32,000 nucleotides of DNA. Source: Candidatus Saccharimonadota bacterium. GTDB taxonomy: Bacteria; Patescibacteriota; Gracilibacteria; Absconditabacterales; Absconditicoccaceae. Below the pieces are notes generated by a model that was not told where the DNA came from, searched no databases, and worked only from the letters and a program-made list of their open reading frames with translations. The translations under genes and the position numbers were made by a program. The stretch is from assembly GCA_965231145.1 (NCBI GenBank), contig OZ246420.1, positions 570,001-602,000 on the forward strand, in the 5' to 3' direction. This document shows positions 1 to 8,748 of the stretch, piece by piece (position 1 is the stretch's first letter; the number at the start of each line of letters is the position of its first letter).

Positions 1-2
1 TC

Positions 3-320
3 CAGCGAGAGCCGACTCTCAATCATATAGGACACTACGTAAACATTTGACTTACTTACATTTATGGAAATACTAACTTATATAATGATTTTTTTCAATA
101 TCTAGGCGAGCTTAAAACCCAAGTCATAAAATGAGGCACTATAATAGAACAAAAGATAGCGAAAGCCCTGGAAAGAATTCATGGAAAAAACGCCTCTAAT
201 GATCAAATGGTAATAAAGAGTATTGCTCGTTTATTGAGAGTGTGAGTAGAAACGCAAAAAGAAAAATTAGGTACTATGAGTGCACATATAGAAGCATTAA
301 AACAAGATCCCGATTTCTAA
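3..320 (+). CDS. hypothetical protein, C-terminal fragment (5' end outside window)
   Basis: Frame 3 is open from the window edge to TAA 318-320 if three in-frame TGA are read as Gly (...LGELKTQVIKGGTIIEQKIAKALERIHGK...). It is followed by a hairpin terminator shared with convergent rplA. No family recognised. Confidence 0.45.
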
Positions 321-335
321 TACGGAATTTGACAC

Positions 336-367
336 AAAAAAACTCGGAACTATTTCCGAGTTTTTTA
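336..367. terminator. bidirectional intrinsic terminator between the convergent 5' fragment gene and rplA
   Basis: ACTCGGAA-ctat-TTCCGAGT is an 8-bp stem with an A-run on one side and a T-run on the other. Confidence 0.7.
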
Positions 368-412
368 CAATGATTAATTTTGCTGTCTGCCTTTTCAGCT
401 TTACTCTGTTTA

Positions 413-1090
413 TTAGTACTCAAGCTGAACACCAGGTCCCATAGTTGGAGAAAGAACAACTTTTTTGATAAGTTTTCCTTTTACACCTGCTGGCTTATTT
501 TCTTCGAGAGCCTTAAGAAATGCTTTCACATTGTCTGCGAGCTGCTCATCAGAGAACGAAAGTTTTCCGATACCTGAGTGGATATTTCCTGTCTTGTCCA
601 TTCTGAACTCGATACGACCCTTCTTTACTTCATTGATCGTAGCAGGAAGATCCATAGTTACCGTACCAGCCTTTGGTGAAGGCATGAGACCTTTAGGACC
701 GAGCATTTTTGCTACCTTTGCCATATCCTTGATCATGTCAGGAGTAGTCAAAAGGATATCAAAATCGATCTTTCCCTTCTCAATATCAGCTAAGAGCGAT
801 GAGTTTCCAGCGATATCAGCACCCGCATCTTTTGCCATGCTTACCTTATCATCAGAAACGTACACAGCGATCTTTACTGTCTTACCTACTCCGTGAGGAA
901 GGCTTGTTACAGCTCTGATCTGCTGATCATTATACTTAGGATCTGCAAATGTCTTCACAGCGATATTGAGCATACCGGTAAATTTTGAGTATGATCCTTT
1001 CTTTACAAGAGTAATAGCCTCTTCAATAGAGTATTTCTGCTCTGGATTGATAAGGTCTCTTACTGCTTTATACTTTTTTCCGTGTGCCAT
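413..1090 (-). CDS. rplA: 50S ribosomal protein L1 (uL1)
   Basis: Uninterrupted 225-aa ORF with ATG 1090 and TAA 413-415. MAHGKKYKAV..., GKTVKIAVY and LGPKGLMPSPKAGTVT are uL1 hallmarks. It lies downstream of rplK as in the conserved rplKA unit. No TGA codons. Confidence 0.95.
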   Translation of the reverse strand: MAHGKKYKAVRDLINPEQKYSIEEAITLVKKGSYSKFTGMLNIAVKTFADPKYNDQQIRAVTSLPHGVGKTVKIAVYVSDDKVSMAKDAGADIAGNSSLLADIEKGKIDFDILLTTPDMIKDMAKVAKMLGPKGLMPSPKAGTVTMDLPATINEVKKGRIEFRMDKTGNIHSGIGKLSFSDEQLADNVKAFLKALEENKPAGVKGKLIKKVVLSPTMGPGVQLEY

Positions 1091-1289
1091 AGTAATCTAC
1101 GTATAAACAACTAAAAGTGGTCATAACGCTAGGCAAAGCCAAGCTCCCACAGGTAATCATCCTCTCTTCCGCAGTGACAGGAAAACTAACCTCTTTATCT
1201 TATTCATAGCAATTAGATTATAGATATTAGATTATAGCATCTTGCTGATATCTAATATCAAACATCTAATTGCTTGTTATGTATTATGG
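1091..1289 (-). promoter_or_regulatory. structured rplK-rplA spacer, a candidate L1 autoregulatory leader
   Basis: The 199-nt spacer has a long nested hairpin (GCAATTAGAT...ATCTAATTGC around GATATTAGAT...ATCTAATATC, about 1209-1273). It also has a GC-richer segment reading AGGAUGAUUACCUGUGGGAGCUUGG on the minus strand. From memory, this resembles the 23S L1-stalk sequence AGGAUAGGUGGGAGGCUU. Confidence 0.35.
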
Positions 1290-1736
1290 TTATTTGATTT
1301 CAATTCCCATATTTTTTGCTGTACCTGCGATGATTTTCACGAGTGAATCCATCTTTGCAGTGTTCATAACAGGCTTCTTGATCTCTGCAATCTCTTCAAG
1401 ATCTTTCTTAGAAAGAGTACCGATCTTTGTCTTGTTTGGAGTAGCAGAACCTTGTTTCTGCTTAAGTTTCCACAAAAGAAGATGCGATGTAAGTGGAGGA
1501 AGAATTTCCATGTCATACGTTCTGTCTGAGTACACAGTAATCACTGCTGGAACTTTTACGTCTGTCCCACCAAATTTTGCTGCGATATCTCTTGTTTTAT
1601 CATTAAATTCCTTGATGAATGTTCCGATATTTACACCATTTTGACCAAGGATAGGACCCACTGGAGGTGCTGGCATAGCTTTACCGGCAGTCACATGGAG
1701 GGTAAATTTTTTCTGAATTTTCTTTACTGGAGCCAT
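1290..1736 (-). CDS. rplK: 50S ribosomal protein L11 (uL11)
   Basis: 148-aa ORF with a TAA stop. PAPPVGPILGQNGVNIGTFIKEFN matches the uL11 N-terminal motif. No TGA codons. Confidence 0.95.
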   Translation of the reverse strand: MAPVKKIQKKFTLHVTAGKAMPAPPVGPILGQNGVNIGTFIKEFNDKTRDIAAKFGGTDVKVPAVITVYSDRTYDMEILPPLTSHLLLWKLKQKQGSATPNKTKIGTLSKKDLEEIAEIKKPVMNTAKMDSLVKIIAGTAKNMGIEIK

Positions 1737-1775
1737 TGTTATAATAAATACAAGTAAAACGATACGCTGAACACA

Positions 1776-1849
1776 GTTTATAAAGTTTATAAAGTAGAAA
1801 GTTTATAAACCATAGAGGTTTTAACTTTACGAACTTTAAGAACCTTTAA
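1776..1849. repeat. 9-nt phased short repeats upstream of rplK
   Basis: GTTTATAAA occurs at 1776, 1785 and 1801. AAC(C)TTTA occurs at 1823, 1832 and 1841. Confidence 0.4.
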
Positions 1850-1861
1850 CTGTCGTTAGCC

Positions 1862-2593
1862 TTATTTACCAGTAAAAAGCTTTCTAATATACTTTTTATG
1901 TGCCTTATACTGACTGGCATCATCTTGGATCATCCAAAGGTCTGAACCTAACTGGATGAAGACGTTAACCTTTACATCTTTGTACTGCGGTAACTCGACG
2001 AAAGTTACTCTATCGCCAAAATAGAGATTGTTGATAATATCTTTTTGGGCATAGATTTCAATAGTTTTTCAGCCAAACTCCTGGGCAATTTCCCTGAGAT
2101 TATAGTTCTTATTACCACCAATATAGACATAATAGATATTATACTGATTATCTTTCAGAACATATTCGTAATTGATGCCTAATGTTTTCAAAACATCGAT
2201 ACTTCCTTGGAATAGACTAGTTCCTGAAAGCATCGTAACGCCGGTTCCCATATAGACTTCTGTATCATCACCAAAAAGCTGACTCAGTCCAGAAAATACA
2301 AGAGTCGTTCCTGTATTTTCAGTAGGCTTTTCCTGCTCGCCCGTCTGGATCACGCCTGTACTCACCTCATCTCCGGTAAAAGCGCTGTATTGGGCTATAT
2401 TTTCGTCATCTTCTTCTTGTGCTCCAGTACCATTATCGGTCAATGAGACAAAGTATTGGAGAGCTGATGACGCTTCCTGAGCTAAACTCTCCCCTTTTGT
2501 ATTAAAAAAAACAGCATATACTAAAACGATGCCGACAAGAAGTACAAACATAGTTATACGCACAAGCTGTTTATCGTTATACACCTTCCACAA
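1862..2593 (-). CDS. hypothetical membrane-anchored protein inserted between nusG and rplK
   Basis: Track ORF 2069..2593 ends in TGA 2069-2071, and the same frame continues 69 codons to TAA 1862-1864. The N-terminal hydrophobic segment FVLLVGIVLVYAVFF looks like a signal anchor. No family recognised. Confidence 0.6.
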
Positions 2594-2668
2594 TAATGTT
2601 AAATTCTAAATGCGAAATTCTAAATAATATTGAGAATTGAGACCTTAGAATCGAGAATAGTATATAAA

Positions 2669-3253
2669 TTAGTCTGTTGCTGAAACCTTATCAAAAGCTA
2701 CTGCGATAGGAGTAAGTCTTCAAAGTATTTCTACATTTACAACAACGATCCCCTTCTCTCCATCCACATCTTTCACATTTCCTTTCATCCCTGCGAAATC
2801 ACCTTCTTTCAGCATAACAACATCACCTTTGAGGAAAGGCACAAATATCTCTGCTTTTTCATTACTCTTTTCAACCTGAGCCATAATATTTGCATGCTCC
2901 TGCTCGGTAAGAGGGATAGGACGGGTTTCTGCTCCAACGATAAGTTTTACTCCAGGTGTATTTCTGATAACATACCAAAGCTTATCATTCATCCTGGTCT
3001 TAATGAAAATATATCCAGGGTAGATTTTTCTTGGCTTAATTACCTTCTTTCCTTTTGACACAGTCGCCTCATTTACCATAGGAACGAGAAAATCTACAAC
3101 ATCTTCTCAAAGATCTTGCTTCTTTACACGTTCTCTCAGATTTTCTACTACGAGCAATTCCTGTCCTGAAACCACACTCAGTGAGTACCATCTATGAACA
3201 TTATCCTCTATCTGTTTTTTTATGTCATTACTATTTGTTTGGAGTTTTTCCAT
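2669..3253 (-). CDS. nusG: transcription termination/antitermination factor NusG
   Basis: ATG 3253 overlaps the secE stop (TAATG). There are two in-frame TGA (3107-3109 and 2720-2722). The KOW tail VNVEIL[TGA]RLTPIAVAFDKV parallels E. coli VSVSIFGRATPVELDFSQV, with TGA on the Gly. The true stop is TAA 2669-2671. Confidence 0.9.
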
Positions 3254-3465
3254 TAGATTGCAGGAGTCATGATAGAATAAAAGATCTGGTATCCATTTGA
3301 AAACAGTGTATCAATAGCCACAAAGAAAATACCACCAATAATCACTGCAGCAAAAATTGCGAGTGTAAGATTGATATAGTCTTTCTTTGTTGGACGTTTC
3401 AACTTCTTTACCGTTTCAAGGCTATCATAGAAATAATTCATTGCCATCGTATTTTTCCCATTCAA
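3253..3465 (-). CDS. secE: preprotein translocase subunit SecE
   Basis: 70-aa ORF immediately upstream of nusG. A basic stretch KKLKRPTKKD is followed by one TM helix, LTLAIFAAVIIGGIFFVAI. The call rests on size, topology and synteny. Confidence 0.75.
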   Translation of the reverse strand: MNGKNTMAMNYFYDSLETVKKLKRPTKKDYINLTLAIFAAVIIGGIFFVAIDTLFSNGYQIFYSIMTPAI

Positions 3466-3486
3466 TAGATAAAATTGTACCGGTTC

Positions 3487-3514
3487 ACTATACTTATACG
3501 CTATGTGTTTTCAA
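3487..3514 (-). promoter_or_regulatory. possible sigma70-type promoter for secE-nusG
   Basis: On the minus strand: TTGAAA, a 16-nt spacer, then TATAGT, about 22 nt upstream of the secE ATG. Confidence 0.3.
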
Positions 3515-3542
3515 CCCCTAAATAGCTATAGGATGGAAGCTA

Positions 3543-4028
3543 TTACTCAGTAGTTTGGCATATTTGCGTTATATGATCCCACTGTCCTCCTTCATTGAGA
3601 CACTCATCCATGACCTGCTGCACTGTCTCTGTTCTCAGTTCACATGCAGCTTTTTGCTCATCCCACTGAGCGTTCATTGCAAGACATTGCTCTTTTGAAT
3701 ATTCACATACTTTTAGCTGTTCATTTCGCTGATTTCCCGCTGTGAGACAATTTTGCTCTGAGTACTCACATCTCTCTGTTTGCTCATCCCATTGATTGGC
3801 AGCGGAAAGACACGAGTTCTTTAGGTCTTGTCTCTCACATTCCTCATTCATATCATCTCGCTGAAATCCTCTGCCTAAACACTCTTTCTTTGCATCCCCA
3901 GTGGAAGTCGCTGTCGTTACTACGGGCACTACGCCTGTATTTGTTTCTGCATCTCATCCGAAAAATGTACATCCGGCAAGGAACATACCTGTCATTATCA
4001 TACTTATGAAGACATATATCTTTTTCAT
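3543..4028 (-). CDS. Cys-rich repeat lipoprotein (unknown family)
   Basis: ATG 4028. MKKIYVFISMIMTGMFLAGC is a signal peptide plus lipobox L-A-G-C. There is one TGA (3954-3956). Four tandem ~21-aa repeats follow the pattern CL...NQWDEQ....CE(Y/L). The stop is TAA 3543-3545. Confidence 0.65.
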
Positions 4029-4126
4029 GGACTCTCTTATAAAAAATAAAACACTTCTCTCATTCATTAAGAAGAATTATTCCTCAAATATAGTAGTAAT
4101 CATCGCACCGCTACTTTGCAAGGGAT

Positions 4127-4160
4127 AAAAAAAATGCAGGGTATATATGCCCCGCATTTT
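4127..4160 (-). terminator. intrinsic terminator
   Basis: Imperfect hairpin AATGCAGGG...CCCCGCATT. On the minus strand it is followed by T8. It lies downstream of the 55-aa ORF. Confidence 0.5.
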
Positions 4161-4175
4161 ACTGTTATTTACCTC

Positions 4176-4343
4176 TTATGAGGTAGTTTCTTGCCTCAGT
4201 AGATAGCTATCTACTCGATCACATATCCAACCGGCAACACCTATTAATGTGAACATATTAGTAATATATTCATCATGAAGGAGGCATACGATCAGCAGCC
4301 TTGCTCCGATACCGACTATGATAGAAATGATGATATGTTTCAT
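4176..4343 (-). CDS. possible small membrane protein (55 aa)
   Basis: ATG 4343 to TAA 4176-4178, below the ORF-track size cutoff. MKHIIISIIVGIGARLLIVCLL is hydrophobic. A hairpin plus T-run terminator follows. Confidence 0.3.
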   Translation of the reverse strand: MKHIIISIIVGIGARLLIVCLLHDEYITNMFTLIGVAGWICDRVDSYLLRQETTS

Positions 4344-4402
4344 ACAGTTTCATTTTAGCGATGAACCGATATTATATATATTTACCAAACAATAGCAACA
4401 CA

Positions 4403-4702
4403 TTAATATTGTGTTGTTTTACCGTTTTTCGACCGAGGGATCCATTGTTTTATAGGAATTTGTATTCGACTCAGTCGCATGAGTAAATCATCTCCAAGCA
4501 ACCCTTGATGTCTCTTTGCAAATGAGAAGATGAAAAAAGCCATCTCACCCCGTCTTTCTTTTGGATCGTCATAAGCAATATCTATCCATCTCAGTATCCT
4601 CTCAAGATGTTCTATCTCATCCCGTAGATTGTTTTTTCTATGGTGTTTCAGAACATGAAAAGATGTCCTGACTATCCCTTTTGGTAGTTTTTTTCTTTTC
4701 AT
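4403..4702 (-). CDS. hypothetical basic protein
   Basis: 99-aa ORF with a TAA stop and a very basic N-terminus (MKRKKLPKG...HHRKNN). No family recognised. Confidence 0.45.
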   Translation of the reverse strand: MKRKKLPKGIVRTSFHVLKHHRKNNLRDEIEHLERILRWIDIAYDDPKERRGEMAFFIFSFAKRHQGLLGDDLLMRLSRIQIPIKQWIPRSKNGKTTQY

Positions 4703-4773
4703 AGTCTCATGCCTTTGATGTGGCTAAAAGAAAATATAGATATATGTTTTTCTATAGCAATGTTTCTTTGCAT

Positions 4774-4802
4774 AAAAAAAGTCCTCAGAAATCATGAGGA
4801 CT
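4774..4802 (-). terminator. intrinsic terminator after the DHFR-like gene
   Basis: AGTCCTCA-loop-TGAGGACT is an 8-bp stem, followed on the minus strand by T7. Confidence 0.7.
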
Positions 4803-4822
4803 CGCATTGCGGTATAAAAGTA

Positions 4823-5782
4823 TTAGTTTTTGTACATTATAAGGTCTAACGGAGAGAGATTTTTTTCCTTAAGAGCATTTGCTAATTGCATACACTCAGC
4901 TTCATAAAGCTCTCCAGCATCACCAAATGTTTCTCCGGTTTCCATAACAGGCACCGTCGAAGTATCCATAAGATTTTGTTGTTCCTTGGTATACATACCG
5001 CGAAAGATGCTATGATAGTGGGGGCTTGCCTCATCTATGACAGTTTGCATATCGCAGAGTGAGACCTGTATGCTTCTGTCACGCTTATTCCATAAAAACT
5101 TTATGGGTAAATCTGATAAATTTACAGGAGGACCGCTGATACCGGCGTCTGCTAAAGCAGCGATACCATAATTGTATAAACTTTCTTTTTTGAGAACCTC
5201 TTTTTGTATAAGATTTTCTATGAATAGAACTTCTTTAGTAAGAGTAACAAAGCGCATGTTATAGGGGTTATCGGCGTCAGCTTTATAGAACTCTGTCGAT
5301 TGGATAGTATACGCGCTCATGGAAAGTGGTGGCAGAGATACATCTCCAATAGGCGCTACTTCTACTTCCGTCTTATAGATGATCTGTATCTCATCCTGAA
5401 ACAAAAGCCATATAGCGGGCCCACCTACCACAAAAATATTGCGGTTATGTATCGAAGCAAGATAGCTCATCACTTCTTCTTTACTATGAAGTATGACTAA
5501 CATATCCGACTCCTGTAACGAGGGGTCTAATTTGTTAAAATAGTCTTTATCATTGGTCATGAGAATATGAAGCCTGCCCTTCAAAAGCTTTCCGCCCCAC
5601 GATTCAAATGTCTTACGACCCATAATCATGACGGGGAGATTATCACTTTTATCTTTTTGCTTTGTAGTTTTTACAAAGCGCTTCATATCTTCTTTCAGTT
5701 TTGGCCAGGGTAAATCATTATTTTTACCGATGATGCCATTGGTCGCGACAGCGTATATTGCTGCAAAATTTTTGTGTAACAT
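4823..5782 (-). CDS. dihydrofolate reductase-like domain fused to an unknown ~135-aa C-terminal domain
   Basis: Residues 1 to about 185 align with DHFR (AAIYAVATNGIIGKNNDLPWP, PVMIMGRKTFES, IFVVGGPAIW). The remaining residues have no recognised family. The stop is TAA 4823-4825, followed by a terminator. No TGA codons. Confidence 0.75.
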   Translation of the reverse strand: MLHKNFAAIYAVATNGIIGKNNDLPWPKLKEDMKRFVKTTKQKDKSDNLPVMIMGRKTFESWGGKLLKGRLHILMTNDKDYFNKLDPSLQESDMLVILHSKEEVMSYLASIHNRNIFVVGGPAIWLLFQDEIQIIYKTEVEVAPIGDVSLPPLSMSAYTIQSTEFYKADADNPYNMRFVTLTKEVLFIENLIQKEVLKKESLYNYGIAALADAGISGPPVNLSDLPIKFLWNKRDRSIQVSLCDMQTVIDEASPHYHSIFRGMYTKEQQNLMDTSTVPVMETGETFGDAGELYEAECMQLANALKEKNLSPLDLIMYKN

Positions 5783-5803
5783 AAGGATTGTTCTGTTGTT
5801 TTT

Positions 5804-6349
5804 TTAGTTCAAAAATGGTTTTATAAATTCTTTAGTAAATACAATTGATGGCGTTCCACTACTCCAGCCTTCATCATATACCTCTACAGGAGCAACGTGT
5901 TGAGCTTTGTGATGCGTAGCAGCAGTGCTATATGGGAAAGCTATCTCAAACATATGTTGCCGTTGTCCGTTATCCTCCACAAGCGTACCGAGAAAGTCTA
6001 TAGACTCAAGTCTCGGTCCTCCTAGCCCCTGCATATCCCAAAACGCATGACTGAGTAGATACATGATATCAGGGATCTGCAACAATGCCTGTAAGCAAAA
6101 AACATCCAACGGAATATCTCCTGCTGCAATTATTCTGCGCAATTTTTCTTCTGCAGAAATCAATTCTTTAGCACCAACGTATGATTTGAAGATTGTATCC
6201 TTCAATAAATCGAATTGTTTCACTTTTGCAGCAATTGCATTTGTTTGTGAAATGGCAAATTTGCCTAACGGATCTTTTGATTGTATCAATACATTGATAT
6301 CAAAGGGTGTTCTATCTACCCCAACCATAAGTGATGTTTGTGTAGCCAT
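5804..6349 (-). CDS. hypothetical protein
   Basis: 181-aa ORF with ATG 6349 and a TAA stop, 21 nt upstream of the DHFR-like gene and downstream of dnaG. No family recognised. Confidence 0.55.
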   Translation of the reverse strand: MATQTSLMVGVDRTPFDINVLIQSKDPLGKFAISQTNAIAAKVKQFDLLKDTIFKSYVGAKELISAEEKLRRIIAAGDIPLDVFCLQALLQIPDIMYLLSHAFWDMQGLGGPRLESIDFLGTLVEDNGQRQHMFEIAFPYSTAATHHKAQHVAPVEVYDEGWSSGTPSIVFTKEFIKPFLN

Positions 6350-6473
6350 ACAAAATGTTTTTTATTGTAGTGAGTAATAATATGTTAATGAACGTTTGTT
6401 TGCCAAAAGAGGCTTCCTGGAAGGATAACCATACATGGCGCAATAGCAACCGAATCTTGACTTGTGAAAAAAA

Positions 6474-8198
6474 TTATTTTCCTAGAAAAATTTTATGCAT
6501 CTTTGCAAGAAGATCTTGTTTCTGTTCAGAGGAAATTTTTGGATATTTCATAAGACGCTGCATCGCGTGCTGGATGTATTTTTGTCCTAGACCTAGCACA
6601 TCCATCTGTTTTTTGTCATCAGTATGAGTGTCCCGTTGTCTTTCCCAAAACAGCTGCGTTTCAAGAAGTTGTTCCTTGAGATCTGCACTAACTTGTTCAC
6701 TAAAGATACTACTCAAAGGTTGATCTTCGAGAAGTACAGCAAGTTCACCAACGAGTTTTACTATCTCTTCAAGCTTCGGCGAAGAAATATTCATCTTTGT
6801 CAAAAAGTCCTGATAGAAAAAACTTGCAAAGGAAAGTTCATCTGCTTGCTTCACAGGTTTTTGTTCTTTATTTTTCTCAATGTTTTTCAGTATCAATGCC
6901 TGTGTTTTCGTAAAGTTTGTATATTGTTGCTTCAAGATATCATGACTTATTTTTAAGCGTTCTGAGATCTTTTCAAAGTACCATGCAAGAACAGTCAGGT
7001 CTTGTATATAAAGCAAGATACCAAACATCTGTTCGATAATACGTTTTCTTTCTATAGGACTATTATCATCATACTTTGCGAGAAGCTGAGTAAGGATATA
7101 GAGTACCCCATCCTCTGCTCCAGCAAAAAATGTGTTGATCTGTTGTTCTGTGGGAGAAATATTTGCCCGCTCATCGACGTCTTTAAATCCTTCCGGCAAA
7201 CGAAGAATTTTCGGATAACTGTCTTGTTCATATGCTATCTTCAGCGCACGAACAGTCGCATCAAATCCTGCAGGATCATTGTCAAAAAGAAGATACAAAT
7301 TTTGCGTATAACGCTTCATCAGCTTCATATGACCTGGTGTCAGTGATGTTCCACAGGTTGCAACTCCTATGTCCAATCATAGACGAGAAAGCCCAATAAC
7401 GTCCATATATCCTTCGACGACAATAAGCTTATCGTGTATCTTGATATTATTTTTTGCAATGTGTAATCCATACAATACTTTTGATTTATCGTACAATGGG
7501 CTGTCGCTGCTGTTCAGATATTTTGGATTATCGTTTGGATCTATGGCACGAGCACCAAAGCCAATAAGCGTACCGATATGATCATAGATAGGGAATGTAA
7601 TACGATTGCGATAGAAACTATAGAGATCTCCGGTTTGTCCTTTTTTACCAAGCGAAATAGTAGTAATATCTGCTTCAGTAAATCACTTTGTTCCCAAGAG
7701 CTGCGTGAGCCCATAGTGACTATCTGGCGCATATCCGAGTCCAAATTTTTCTATGATATCATCGCTAAGCTGACGACGTGTGTGAAGATACTCCGTTGCC
7801 ATCAGTGATTTTTTCAAGTTCTCTGAGAAAAATGACTGTGCTGTACGAAGCATCAGTTTATATTTTTCTTTTTCAGCCCCGAGAGACTCCTGCTTATCGT
7901 TCTTATTATATTCATATTTACTGATATCAATATTTGCTTGAGGCGCAAGGATCTTCACTGCATCTCGGAAATCAATTTTCTCTATCTCGATAATAAACTT
8001 GATTGCATTTCCCCCTATGCCTGTTGAAAAACACTTAAAGATCTGCTTCTCCGGAGAGACAGTGAACGATGGTGTTTTCTCATTGCGAAACGGCGAAAGC
8101 CCAACAAAATTGCGCCCGACTTTTTTCAGGGGCACATAGCGACTCACAACGTCGACAATATCTATATTTGCTAATATATCGTCTGCTATACGTGACAT
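6474..8198 (-). CDS. dnaG: DNA primase DnaG
   Basis: Track fragments 7683..8240 and 6474..7376, plus the unlisted middle part, are one frame joined by TGA 7683-7685 and 7377-7379. Primase motifs are [34 protein letters not shown] and the Toprim block LIVVEGYMDVIGLSRL[TGA]LDIGVATCGTS...LLFDNDPAG. ATG 8198 (MSRIADDIL...) is preferred over the TTG at 8240. Confidence 0.9.
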
Positions 8199-8307
8199 GA
8201 GAGCAGTATACTTATTTTCTTTATAGATTTCAATTGGCAAATTATGGCCTATTACCTACTAAGTTATTTACTTAACAGAACGACTCCCCCATCAGCAAGA
8301 GCTGCAA

Positions 8308-8334
8308 TAAAAAAATACCCGGTATCCCGGGTAT
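8308..8334 (-). terminator. intrinsic terminator after the small membrane protein
   Basis: ATACCCGG-tatc-CCGGGTAT is an 8-bp stem, followed on the minus strand by T7. Confidence 0.7.
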
Positions 8335-8337
8335 CAT

Positions 8338-8571
8338 TTAGCATAAACTGTTTTTTCTCTCTCTTACTTTCTTTGCAATAATGAACATCCATAAAGGAGC
8401 GCTACATCCAAAGCTAAGCCCACTGATAGTACCAAAAATGACTATCTTTATTCTATTTTCATCGGGACCCCAATCAGGCAAGTAAGGCCAGAGAAGAATC
8501 ATCATTTTAATGAAACAGGCTAAGGAGAGAACGGAAAGCACGACAGCTATGATTTCCAATATTTTTTTCAT
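8338..8571 (-). CDS. small membrane protein
   Basis: 77 aa from ATG 8571 (the track starts at a TTG two codons upstream). Two or three hydrophobic helices. Followed by a strong hairpin plus T-run terminator. Confidence 0.45.
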   Translation of the reverse strand: MKKILEIIAVVLSVLSLACFIKMMILLWPYLPDWGPDENRIKIVIFGTISGLSFGCSAPLWMFIIAKKVRERKNSLC

Positions 8572-8748
8572 AATCAAGAATGGAGATTGAGTGTGGGCAA
8601 ATTATAGTGATTTAGTGCTATTTAGCAATACCAGAGTGAACAATGTACAATCTCTATACACGTCTTTTTAGCTTGATTTTTTACGAAAGAGAGATATCAT
8701 TTCTTTCCATCCAAAAAATAAAACAACAACCATAAAAAGAGAAAAAAT

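Noticed and set aside
465-896. I looked at long ORFs antisense to recognised genes. Examples are 465..896, 1270..1644, 6063..6377, 6624..6956, 7002..7346, 10056..10556, 12076..12441, 14129..14554, 14843..15202, 17476..17850, 23389..23664 and 24390..24629.
   Set aside because: Each lies fully inside a strongly supported gene on the other strand. Their translations are low-complexity or hydrophobic and match no family. They are shadow ORFs typical of AT-rich DNA.
1068-1160. I considered an upstream ORF in the rplA leader (GAGAGG-ATG, 30 codons, ending out of frame 19 nt inside rplA) as a parallel to the ftsE leader ORF.
   Set aside because: A 30-codon open frame is not improbable by chance. 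The same nucleotides are better explained as the L1-stalk-like binding site. The shared 9-mer CATCCTCTC (1158 and 24069) alone is not statistically compelling in 32 kb.
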